64,000 nt of DNA, taken from assembly GCA_028023455.1 (NCBI GenBank), contig JAQFVV010000003.1, forward strand, positions 28,086,001 through 28,150,000, given 5' to 3'. Position numbers and translations under genes: made by a program. The DNA comes from Epiperipatus broadwayi (Eukaryota; Animalia; Onychophora). Positions 37,138-49,663 of the stretch are shown here, one piece after another (positions within the stretch are counted from its first letter, which is position 1; each line of letters starts with the position of its first letter). Under the pieces are notes generated by a model, which had not been told where the DNA came from, did not search any database, and was given only the letters and a program-made list of their open reading frames with translations.

Positions 37138-38553
37138 CACCCGGGTCTCGTTTTATGCAGATTTATTTAATGCGATTTTGAAGTTATGCAATTCATGATT
37201 CTTTTTAATATCTTTGTATGCGGTTTTCTTTTATGCGATAACAATTATTCGATCAGAAGTGAGCTCTGATAATGTGATATTACTTTAAATATTATAAATT
37301 TCGCACACTCGCATCATATTTAAAGTAAAAGCGCATTATCAGAGTTTGACTTCCATCTAATAATTTCAATATTTTCAGTGCTTTATAATAGTACTGTAAT
37401 AGATTTTATGTAATAAAGAAGTTCATAATTCACTTAAATTCAGAATTTCCCCATTTAATATACACACATTAAATTTTACAAGATTATAATGTAAATATAA
37501 TGTAAATCTGTTCAAACATTATAGATGAAAAATACTATGTTGTTGTTTTTGCATTTTAAATCACGTTCTATTTTTGCTTTTTATAAAAAGAATATGTAAT
37601 TAATTAATCATTTAGTGTCCACAAGTAATAAATTTTACAAGATTATAATGTAAATCTGTTCAAACGTTATAGATGCCCGGTGTATGTTGTTGTTTTTGCA
37701 TTTTAAATCACGTTCAATTTTTGCTTTTTATAAAACGAGTACATAATCAATTAATTATTTAGTGTCCTCATGTTTATTTTTAAAAGGTAAGTAACAGCAG
37801 TGGGCACAATTAAATTTGTCAATTAAAATTAACAATTTAAAAATTACATAACGAAGTGACATGAAACAATGAAATTTGATTTTTAAACGGAATTCAAAAT
37901 TAAAAAATTAAAGACAAAAATAAAAATTTAATTTTTAATTGTTCGTTTTAATTAAATTTTGTCCAACAGTGGTGAGTCAGTGTCTTTGTATTATCGTAAG
38001 TCTAAGTTCTTAAATTTTAAACTTTTAATTTACTTTAACGGAGAGAAAAAAACACCCAAGAAAATGAATTTCTTTGGAACAAAAATTTCAATTTTAGATC
38101 GCTTAGCGAAATGGGAAGGATCAACAGTGATTGGAAAATGTTTTAGTTGTATTTCCTCTTGACTTCCTTTAAGGAGAAGCTACAGTATGACGAATCTGAT
38201 GTCTCAAATAGCGATGATAATTAAAATACTGTACATGTATGAAAAAAATGTAAATTACACATAAAATATATTGTTTTGAATAAAATTAAATACTGTAGTT
38301 AATAAAAAATGTTTGTCTTGTATCAATTGTTTTCAAATTTGAAACTTTTTATTAGTCATATTTTAATTTCTTATTTTTTTTCTTATGTGAATTTTAAAGT
38401 AATTTTACATTGTTGCTTTGCTTTTATGCGATTTTTGGAAAATTACAGTATGTATCCCCCATTTTTCAAGGTAAGTTAAGTCTATTTTTGTGTGATTTCT
38501 TTTGTGCGCATTTTCTGAGGAACCTATCTACCGCATAAAACGAGACCCAGGTG
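37138..38553. mobile_element. pogo/Tigger-like non-autonomous DNA transposon
   Basis: TIRs CACCCGGGTCTCGTTTTATGC / GCATAAAACGAGACCCAGGTG with TA on both sides. Internal ~159-bp duplication (37471, 37630). Second copy at 42056. Confidence 0.88.
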
Positions 38554-39129
38554 TATTTAGAATTACAAGTTAAGCTTATTGTTGATATTAAACTAGTTGA
38601 AGTAAACTTGTTAAAACTTTTTAAAGTTGACATTCCAAAAATTATTATAAAAGTTATTTAAACCTAGCAAGAATAAAACCTCCTTTTCTGACCGGTTCAA
38701 TACCCACTACCCAGATTTTCCCCATTGGCTTAATTACTCCAGATAACGAAAGGACTGAAAGTATAAAAAAGTGAGGGGGAAAGGATCATGTGCTCTTCTT
38801 GATTTTCTTTGAGGCAAACTATTGGAAACAAGTGTGAAGCAGTGGAAAAGACCAGTGGGGGACATTTTGTTTTCAGGATCTCGGCTCCTGAAATCAATAA
38901 ACTGACTAGGTCTTTAACAGATCACTCTGATCTTATTATATTAAATGCCTTAACGGCTGACAGGATGGTGGTGGTAGTAAAGGTAAGTATTATTATTCTT
39001 AGTAAATAGACTGGTAAGTGAAAGGACTTATTCCTAATTAGCTGCAATTATGTTATATTAAATTAGATAGCAATTTTGATTCATGTATCTATATATAATG
39101 TACTTGTGTGTTTTAATCTGTATATATTA

Positions 39130-39330
39130 TACCGGTCAACGTATTATCCACCCAACACGACCTAAAAGCACAAAGTTGGACTTCAAACCCAGTCAAACCA
39201 AAGAATTATATCAAAGACCAAACTGAATTCGAACCCAATTCACAAGCTTAGATCAACCCTAATGGATAACACATATTGATGGCACATGTCTATACACCAA
39301 GGAACTAGCTCAACAGATTTGATGATTTTT
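39130..39330 (-). repeat. Dispersed repeat with B-box-like motif (SINE-like), copy 1
   Basis: Reverse complement of ~48985-49145; GGTTCGAATTC on the minus strand at 39225-39235. Confidence 0.5.
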
Positions 39331-39846
39331 GAGACCCCTTATCTGGATCTAACTAACGTATAATAAAATGACTATGGATATTTCTAAGTAAATTCATATA
39401 TGTATATTTGGGTTGCCAATACAGACAGTGAGCATTAATATTTAAAAATAATTAATAAATAATGAAGTCAAACCAAGTATGTTGTATAAGATATTTAGTA
39501 ATAAGTAAATATTTGTTCAACTATTTATAATAAGCATTATATTTTATCTCTAGTCTTTGGAGTGTGAATTACAATGTACAATAAATAATGGCAGTTGTAC
39601 TCATATGCCAATAATTAGTATGCAAGTATTTAGGAAATATATATATATATATCTATGGCCTGACAAAGTAGACAAAGATAAACAAAGGTATTTATGGCGT
39701 TTGTGCCGAATGAATTACATACATTTCATTATCTGGTATTTTATTTGGAAAGAAACTATAATTCTAATTTTATATAAGAAAGATGTGAGATTTAATTTCA
39801 CACATCCAGAAATCAACTCATGAACAGCATGATAAATACGTAGGGT

Positions 39847-40315
39847 TGTTATATATATATACGTTTGGTTTGTGATAAATAGTGACATTGTACTTACCTC
39901 GTAACGTAAATGCTTCTCCACAAAAATATAAAGAGAGCACTGCTTCCAATTATGGTTTCCAGGATATATGACCGATAAATTGGGTATAGTATAAAACTGA
40001 TGGCATAGATTTATCACTCTCACTTCCCAGGATGTTACCAGTACAAGGCCTAAAGGAACATATGAAATCCATAGCATAGAAAGCCATAGATAAAAATGGC
40101 TGCTGTGGCAAGGCATGAAAATAAGAACTGGTAAATAGCAAACATTATTTATATTAGTTTGTAAATAAACGGAATGAAATCTTGTGTGTTTTATTTTATA
40201 TTATAATTGTATATCCATGTTGTTGAAAGTAGTTATTAAAATATATAGAATTATAAATGAGAATAAATTGTATTTATTGCTATCTTACTGGTTAAACTTA
40301 AGAAAATGTAAGACA
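39847..40315 (+). repeat. 5' LTR
   Basis: Direct repeat of 49171-49663, roughly 90% similar by eye. Confidence 0.85.
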
Positions 40316-40419
40316 TAGCAGAGTGGCGCAGTCATTCAGGATTAGAAGCCCAAGATTAAAGTGAGACACTCGTAAAAAATGTTATGTATAAAAATAACTT
40401 GGCGGCCATAAACTCTATA

Positions 40420-43400
40420 ATGCGCAAGTTCGATGAGGGAGAGTTATATTGAACATGCAGAATATTATATGTTCATAAATAAAATTGAGGATGACAGATA
40501 TAAGATTTCCACACTATTATATTTAGCAGGAAAATTCACAAACCAATTAGCAAACAGGATTACCAACCCAAAGATTTCATTTATCAGGAATTTATACCAA
40601 AGTTGAATGAATACTTTCTGCCGAAACAGTCTAAATGGATAGCACGTCTTAGGCTGAGAAACAGAATGCAGTCACCGCAAGAGAAATACGTGGATCATGA
40701 TCTTTCATAGCGAAAACTAGCCAAGGAATGTGAATACAGTTCAGAGATAAATGACACATTGTTGGAACAGTTCTTGTACGGAATGACGGACGCAAACTTC
40801 AGGAAGGTCTTATTGAGTGATCCGGAATTAACATACAAAACAGCAATTGATAAATGTGTGGCGCAAGAGGCCATGCTCAACATCGCATCAGAATATACCA
40901 GATCAAAATTACTGGAAAAGATCACTTTCAGTGGAGAAAAGAAAAAATTTGACTCTATATTTTTCGGCGGACACACCAAACAACAAAATTGTGCTTGCTG
41001 TGGAAAATCCGGTCATACAAAAAGTAGCTGTAGGCACAAGGATAAAATATGTAGAAAATTTAACAAAAGAGGACATTTAATAGCCCTGTGTTATTATAAA
41101 GACGGCGAGGCACAAAGAAAAAATGTAGACCTCAAACCCCGGGTAGGAGAAGAATATAAAAAATCAACCATTAAGACTGTATTAAAAGGCAATAATAAAA
41201 ACAGATCACATTCTTCTGTATTTGCAGGTTTGTGGAAAAGCAATCACAATGGAAGTGGATAGTGGAGCTGGAATATCATTGATATCACTTTAGGATTGGA
41301 CAGAGATCACTCGAAGCAGTAAATATAAGTTAAAGCTATGTAAGGCTGATACAATTGTAACAGATATAAACGGAAACAAAGTTGATATCCGAGGAAAATT
41401 AACTGTGCATGTGACACTTCAGACATATATCTTTGACACTGTATATAGTTAATAAAGACATTAGTTCATTATTGGGCAGAAACTGGTTTGCCCCGTTGGA
41501 AATACACTTAAATATACTAAAGACTGTCCGTATAGAAAAAGAAATTTTAAAAAAATATCCGGAACTGTTTACATCAGGCCTAGCAGATTTTAGAACAAGA
41601 CCAGTAGACATAGAATTAGTACCAGAAGCCAAAGCGATTGTTTGTAAGCCCAGAAAAGTACCATTCATGATGAGGGAGAGGGTGAAAAAGGCTGTAATGG
41701 ATTTAGTATCAAAAGGAGTATTAATACCCACTGAAGAATCATCCTGGGCAACTCCTCTTGTAACCATAGTAAAACCAGATGGGAGTATAAGATTATGCGG
41801 GGATTATAGAGTAACGATCGACAAATATATAAACAAAGGTGCATACCCCGTCCCAAGTGTAAAGGAAATACTGGCATCATTACAGAATTTTACAAAAATT
41901 TATCTAAGAACAGCTTTCCACCAGATTACAGTAACAAAGGGTACATCCGAATTACACTGACCATGCCTAAAGGATTATATGCATGTAACAGTTTTCCACC
42001 CGATCCCAGTAACAAAAGGTACATCCGAATTACACTGACCATGCCTAAGGGATTACACCTGGGTCTCTTTTTACGTGGACTTATTTAACACGATTTTGAA
42101 GTTACGCGATTCATGTTTCACCGGAAGTCGAACTCCGATAATGCGCTATTACTTTAAATAATAAATTCCGCGCACTTACGTTATATTGAAAGTAATAGCA
42201 CATTATTGGAATTCGACTTTTATCTTAGTAATTTCAATATTTTCAGTGCTTTATAATAGTAAGATTTTATGCAATAATGAAATTAAAATCATGATTTCCA
42301 CATTTTATGTATACACACATTAAATTTTCAAGATTATAATGTAAATTTGTTCAAACATTGTGCGTATTAATTTTGCATTTTAAATCACATTTTGTTTTTG
42401 CATTTTAAAAAAGAACATAATCAATTATTAATCATTTAGTGTCCACAAGTTTATTTTTAAAAGGTGGGTAATAGCAGTGAGCACAATTAAATTTGACAAT
42501 TAAAAATTAAAATTGATTTTTAATTGTAATTAACAATTTAAAAATTACTTACGGCGACTTGAAAGAATGTGATGTGAAATTTGATTTTTAAACGGAATTG
42601 AAAATTAAAAAATTAAAGACAAAAATAAGAATTTAATTTTTATTTGTTAGTTTCATAAACAATTAATAAAATCATAGTCTCAAAGATTAATTACTAATTA
42701 CGTTATCACCAGAAAACCATTGACACAACATGAGTGTGAAGTTGGCGCTAGTTGTATTTCCTCTTGTGAAGAATAGCGATAATAATTAAAATGTGTATAA
42801 AAAAATGTAAATTACTGTACTGTAAATTATGCATAAAAATATATTATTTTGAATAAAATTAAATATTATAGTTAAAAAAAGTTTGTCTTGTATCAATTTT
42901 TTTCAAATTTGACATTTTTTATTAATCATATTTTATTTCTTTATTTTTTTTTTTGCGTGAATTTTAAAGTAATTTTAAATCACAGACCGCATCCCCCCCA
43001 ATGTAAGTTACATCTATTTTTGTGCGTGTTTTCTGAGGAATCTTTCTATTGCCTAAAACGAGAGCCAGGTGTATATGCATGTAATAAATTGCCATATGGG
43101 ATAACCATTGCTCCGAATGTGTTCCAGGCTAAAATGGACATGCTATTCAGATCTATGGAAAGAGTGATACCTTATTTAGATATTTAAATTATTGGTGCAA
43201 CTGAGGCAGAACTCGAGAAACACATAGATCAGGTTTGCTCAGGATTGTCTTGGGCCAAAGCAAAACTTAATGTTAATAAATGCATTTGGTCAGCTCGAGA
43301 AATCAAGTTCCTGGGACACATAATAAATGAAAATGGTCGAAAACCCGATCCTGAAAAAGTAAAGGCTATAAAAAATGCTAAGAAACCCCAAAACGTCAAA

Positions 43401-45310
43401 GAATTGCAGGCATTTTTAGGACATTTAAACTTTTATGAGAGCTTTTTAGAAGTCAAGTCACCCTTGCTGTCACCACTATACATGTTGTTAAAAAAGGAAA
43501 CACCAATATATCTGGACTGATGCACAGGAGAATGCTTTTAGAACTGCAAAAGACTTATTAATGTCAGAAGCACTACTGGTACATTATGTATGTGACTGGG
43601 CAGTGAACATCCTGACCGATGCATCCGAGTATGGTGTGGGAGTGTCATATCACACCCATGCTCTGAAGGGGAGCGTCCAATAGCATTCGCATCAAGAGTA
43701 TTGACAGCTGCAAAGAAAAATTATAGCCAGATAGAAAGGAAGCATTGGCAGTGATTTTTGTGGTAAAAAAATTCCACCAATATGCGTATGGCCGTAACTT
43801 TACTATCTATACAGATCATCGCTCCTTAACAGTGATTTTCGGTGGTGAAAAGGGATCTATAGAACCCCCAAGTCAACGTATGGTGCGATGGACCAACTTG
43901 ATGTCACAATATGACTATAAGCTAATCTACAAACCTGGGATAACAATCGCACATGGAGACGCTTTGTCTAGGCTGCCAGATCCCACAGAAAGGGTATTCA
44001 AAACTACAGACATAAACTACATTGACACATTACAGTCAAAGGAGATAAATAGCATGACTATAAGGGAATGGACAAGAAAAAATGATGCTTATGTACAGCT
44101 TATAAAGTGGATCAGAAATCGGTGGCCAAAGAAATGCCCTAGTGAATTGAGGAAAGCTATCTGGATAGCTAGGGATAAACTTTCTGTGTGCGATGGATGC
44201 ATCTTAAATAATGACTGACTTAGTATCTATGGAAGGTAGGCCTCAAGTCCTAAACCTTCATCAAGGACACCCAGGAGGGGTACGAATGAAGGCCCTCACA
44301 CGGTCATATATATGGTGACCAAACTTAACAAATGAAATAGAGACCCGGGTAAAAAATTGCAGGAACTGCCAACAAGTGGCCAGATTACCACTAAAGCATT
44401 AGAAACATGGAAACCGCCTAAGTCTCCATGGACATCTGTTCATCTGGATCACATTGGCCCATGGGATGGATATCTGATACTATTAGTGATTGATGCTTTT
44501 TCTCGATGGACAGAGTATCGAATAGTTAAGGATACTATGGCAGACTGTACCATCTGAGTGTTAAATGAACTATTTGCCATGCATGGTTATCCAGAAACTA
44601 TTGTGACAGAAATGGTTCAGGTTTCCCTTCAAGAAAATTTATGGATTTTCTAAACAAGGGAGGAATTAAACAACTGTTTACACCCCCATACCATCCTGAA
44701 AGCAATGGGATAGTGGAACAAGGAGTACAGCACTTAAAAAACTTCAGAACAAAAACATAGCAGAAGCCTTGATACAGGCTATGTACGCTCAACACTTCAC
44801 TCCAAACACTGCAACGGGTAAAATTCCAGTGGAGCTATTGATGTGTCGAACATTCAGGACCCATTTGACAAAGCTACTACCTGGAAACACTAGAAATAAT
44901 AATAATAGTAAAGTGGTAAAGTTTTTTCCCAGGCGATTGCATATGGGTGTTGGATGTTCTAAAACACAAACGGAGCCCAGGAGTTGTAAACCAGTCATTG
45001 CATAGTCAAATTTGTCTAATTGAGTTAGAAAGTCAAAAAGTGTTAAGAAAACACATAAACCACCTTCACCATCATGGGGATGGTTGTGAAACAGGAAGAC
45101 GAAGCTATATGGCCAGAAATGAATCACATCATGAAGGGACCATCTAAAGAACAAAATAAGAAGAAAGGTGAGCCTGAACTGACCAAAGATGAAGTAACAA
45201 AGCAAGAACTGGACTCATTGAGAGTGCAAAGGGAAAATAGAAACGATAGCCCTAAAATTTCCCGAATACAGAGACGACCAGTTAAATTTAATTATTATGT
45301 AGTAAACTAA
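40420..45310 (+). pseudogene. gag-pol: two CCHC knuckles, protease, RT, RNase H, integrase
   Basis: CACCGKSGHTKSSC; MEVDSGAGIS; WATPLVTIVKPDGSIRLCGDYRV; FLGHII; YGRNFTIYTDHRSL; WTSVHLDHIGP, VIDAFSRW. Interrupted by the Tigger-like element at 42056-43071. Confidence 0.95.
42056..43071. mobile_element. pogo/Tigger-like non-autonomous element inserted in the Gypsy RT
   Basis: TIRs CACCTGGGTCTCTTTTT / AAAACGAGAGCCAGGTG; TA TSD (42054-55, 43072-73). Removing it restores MPKGLYACNKLP. Confidence 0.92.
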
Positions 45311-45693
45311 AGTAATATGTTGAAACAGTCAATCTTAGCTTAAGATTGTGCTTCATGGTTCCATCTACTAACCTGTATTCAAACCCTATATCTCATCCCA
45401 CTTCTTTTGTCATGTATATATATTTTATGTATATATTTGAGATGTGCGCCTAAGTTATAAAATGTTAACATTTCAATAACATTTTTTAAAATTATTATTA
45501 ATTATTTTTTATTAAATTAAAGTATATAGGTGTGGTTCATCTATATATATATGATAGGAGCAAAAATACTAACAAAATATTGATTTCTTTAAAATATTTT
45601 ATTACACGTCATTTTTTAAACTTTTTCTTTTTAAATTGCTTGTTTTTCCTATTAACCAAAAGACTGTTTCTTACGAAGCTCCTCGTAGACATC

Positions 45694-45905
45694 TGACGTC
45701 ACTCTAACTCTGCAAGTTCTTATGCTAAAAAATTCGTTTGATAGGTTTTGAATAGGTTTTTAAAAGTTCTGTAAGATGGTGACCTCTTCCGATTTATTTT
45801 ACAAGTAAAAAATAAAAAAAAACGCATTTAAACCTAAACAAAGAAAGAACATGAGTTTTGATTGGTTCTTAGCATGCTCTCAGCCGAAAAAGACATTCTG
45901 ATTGG
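45694..45905. promoter_or_regulatory. Promoter-like motif cluster (CRE plus two CCAAT boxes)
   Basis: TGACGTCA at 45694-45701; ATTGG at 45861 and 45901. Motif matches only. Confidence 0.3.
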
Positions 45906-48900
45906 CTGGAAAGAACAAAGAAACCGCCTGATCAAAGAAAATAAAGAAAAACGCTGAGATTTTCATTTCGAACATGATTTAAATTATTATAAAAGAATAT
46001 TTTGAGAAATTACAAATTATTTTCAGAGAGAATACTAAAAAAACAAAATTATTTTCGAAAAATATTGAAGATTTTAGTAAAAATATTAAAGAAATATTTA
46101 AAAGAAATATTTACTTTTCTATAATGTAAAAGTCGACCTTTTTGTTTATATTATAGCTTTTATGTTGCCGAAATTGAATATTTTAGAATAAATAAATAGC
46201 AATTTATTTTTGAAAGAACTTTCGTTCTCTTCATAACCTGAAAAATTAGTAATATACTTTTTATAAACGTATCTGAGTTGAATTTAATATTATAGGCGAA
46301 TTTGTTTTAACAATAGGCTTTGTCTTCAGTTTGTGAATTGGCCAATTAAAAGATTTGATTTGTACCTCATACAACCAATAATATAATTAGCGGTTAAAAG
46401 GTTAAACTATATTTTATAAAATCCAAGATGGAAGATGCAACTGTTAATTGTCCAAAAATAATTACAGGATTGGAAACACTATTGTTTTAATCTGAGGAAG
46501 ATATTTTTGATTAAAGTTTTTACTTAAAATAATTTGAGTCTAAGATTAACGATTCTACTTTTGTTATAAACATTTTTGTGAAATCTATTTCTAATCTGGA
46601 AATAGATTTGAATTTATTTTTGGACATTATCTTACAGTTGCATTTTCAAAAACAATGGATAAAGAAAAAGTAAGAATTTTTTAAAGATCAGAGATTAGTT
46701 TTTAAGCTAAAATCAAGTAATTAAAAGCATTCCAGAAATACCTGAGCAGGAGTATAAAATGGGCCAATTTTAATCACCAACAGATTAGCTACTACTGAGA
46801 GAACTGTGACAATACTCCACGCAACTTTGAAATTTAAGATAATGATAGAGTAGACGCCAATCACCTTTCTGACCCTTGTGGGTCATTTTTTCCACTAATG
46901 TACCATCTAACTGCTGCCTGAAACGAAGGAAAGCCTAAAGAAGAACTCTGGAATGCTAAATGGAAGTTTGCTGTCACATAAGAACTGCCATGCATGAGCT
47001 GGACTTTTTAATATGGACTCTTAAATTGGTGAAAGGTAAATTATTTCAAACCGCCACCATTGAAACTAAATCTAGTTTGCCTAACTAGTCTCAAACCCTA
47101 CTATCAATTTCTCCTAATGTATAATTTAATTCTGTAACTTTTTTTAATATGTAAATTGCTCTCAAATGATTTCTATAAATTTAATTCTCTCTCATATACT
47201 CTAACTTTCTTTAACTTCAGTGAGGTCATTTATTTATATGTATGTTTTTATTATTAAGATGCCAATCTCAAGCAATCTGAATAGTTGAATTTTTAAAATC
47301 TTCTCTTCTTTTTAAGTAAACCTTCATGAATTAAGGTTATTAGCGTTCCCTTAAAAATATAATGTATTGTTAATTAATATGTTCGCCAGATTGTTTTACG
47401 AGTCAACATTTTTTTATGTTTTAGTATAAAAATTTGTTTATTTAATTCTGGACTCTACCCGGGGAGAATCCAGAACTCAAGTTAATTAATGCTCTGAAAC
47501 CTTATTTATTTTATAAATGTTATTATTTAATTCTGAAAGGGTGACTTATTTGTTTTCCATATATATCTGCTAGTTTTTATTTTATTGTTCCATACTCTTG
47601 AAATATCAAATACAGTACTTAAATATTCCAGTTGTTGTAAAATCTGCGAAGGTGGGATTGAATCATTTTTAAACAGCAGAAAGGAAGGGGGTAAATTTTA
47701 ATGTATATTTTAAACTATTTTAGTTCTTAAGTAAAATCTTGTATATATATATATTACAGAGGCATCACACATTATCTATATAAATTATGGCATTCAAACT
47801 AGGGTCATTTATTTTAAAGCAGTAAAACTTATTCAATATTGTTAGTGACATTTATCATTACTGCGTTACTGACATTCGGCCTATCTTCGTATATATATAT
47901 ATTACTTTCTTCTAATCTGGGGGTTGCGACAAGTTCGAACCCATAGATTTTCTTCTCAAGCCTTGTTTTGAGGATAGTTGACCTTCCCAGGACCATTTAT
48001 TTTGTATAAAAGGGCCTCTGGCAGTGATTCCTGTAAGTCTGGCACACGCTATGCTTATCCACTTTCTTCGTATATAAGGCCTGCTCATCGGTGATGTCCA
48101 CGGCATGCCTTATCCATATTTCTCTAAGTACTGCCCAAGAAGGAAGTCTTAGACTTCGTCTTTCATCCAGAAGCAGAACTTTTCCTGTTATCTCTTTGCC
48201 ACAATCTCAGCACTGTAAACTTCTTATCATGGATCAGTTTTAATGCTCTAATATTAAAATTGTGCTCTGCTTAAATATATATATATATAAAGTGCCTAGT
48301 ATCACTACTACTAGTTTTATTAATTAAATTTATTTCAATCTTGTACAGTCCCACTGTCATAATGTATTACTGTATTTAAGAGTATTTGCCTAGGGGAAAA
48401 TAATGCATTCTTCTTACCATTGCTAATTAAGAGAATTTTCATTAAATATTTTGTCATATAATCAAATGTATTTTATTTATTTTCATTACCGTAATGGCGT
48501 GAAAATGGTTTATATTATACCTGTAATGAATCTCGGAACGCTCACTGAAATAATGTTAGTTACCTTGTTTCAGAACCGTAAATCAAAGCATTAATGGCAA
48601 TATTATGTAATTCTTTCTAATAGTTGATTGGCATCTTAATACCGTACCACCAAAGATGTGTGTAAATGTATATATAGTATTAATTAATAAAGAGCATATT
48701 AGAAATAATAGCGTGAATGACAATACATAATTATCTATCGTTTGGTAGACCGCTTGCTCATTCACGCACATACTAATGTATGCAACTTATAAATGGATGT
48801 AAATAATTTGGCATTATATTAAACTGTATATTTTTATTGCTTAACTTGTTTGAGTAGTTTGAACTCCTTTTTCTCTACTTCCAAACGTACAGCCATGCAT

Positions 48901-48984
48901 ATACATATTTTTGTTAAGTCATAGTTAATAGATGTCTCATTGTCTTCTCCGCTCTGTTAGTGAGCCGGATTTAAAATTAATTCT

Positions 48985-49145
48985 CATGTGCCATCATTAT
49001 GTTATCCATTAGGTGTTTGATCTGGGACTTTTGGGTTCGAATCCAGGTTGGTCCCTGACCTAAATCTCGGGCTTGACTGGGTTTGAAGTACATTTTATGA
49101 GTTCCATCTCATGTTAGATGGATAAACATCTTTTAACCGGTACAA
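48985..49145 (+). repeat. Dispersed repeat with B box (SINE-like), copy 2
   Basis: GGTTCGAATCC at 49034-49044; homologous to 39130-39330 in opposite orientation. Confidence 0.5.
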
Positions 49146-49170
49146 GGTATTACTAGGGTGGAGGAAGAAC

Positions 49171-49663
49171 TGATAGATATATACGTTTGGTTTGTGATAA
49201 ATAGTGATTATATATATATACGTTTGGTTTGTGATAAATAGTGACATTGAACTAACCTCGTAACGTAAATGCTTCACAAAAATATAAAGAGCGCTGCTGT
49301 CAGTTATGGTTTTCAGGATATATGCCCGATAAATTGGATGTAGTATAAAACTGATGGCATAGATTTATCACTCTCAGTTCCCGGGATTTTACCAGTGCAA
49401 GGCCTAAAGGAAAATATGAAATCCGTAGCAGAGAAAGCCGTAGATAAAAATGGCTGCTGTGGCAAGGCATGAAAATAAGGACTGGTAAATAGTGAACATT
49501 ATTTATGTTAGTATGTAAATAAATGGAATGAAATCTTGTGTGTTTTATTTTATATTATAATTGTATGTCCATGTTGTTGAAAGTAGTTATTAAAATTTAT
49601 AGAATTATAAATGAAAGTAAATTGTATTTATTGCTGGTTAAACTTAAGAAAACCCTAATATCA
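49171..49663 (+). repeat. 3' LTR
   Basis: Matches 39847-40315; small internal duplication of atatatacgtttggtttgtgataaatagtga; followed by TSD agggt. Confidence 0.85.

Larger units (their letters stand above)
39847..49663 (+). mobile_element. Full-length Ty3/Gypsy LTR retrotransposon (degenerate) with long 3' non-coding region
   Basis: LTRs 39847-40315 and 49171-49663 (TG...CA); 5-bp TSD agggt (39842-39846, 49664-49668). iMet-like PBS tagcagagtgg at 40316; purine tract agggtggaggaagaac before 49171. Confidence 0.85.
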
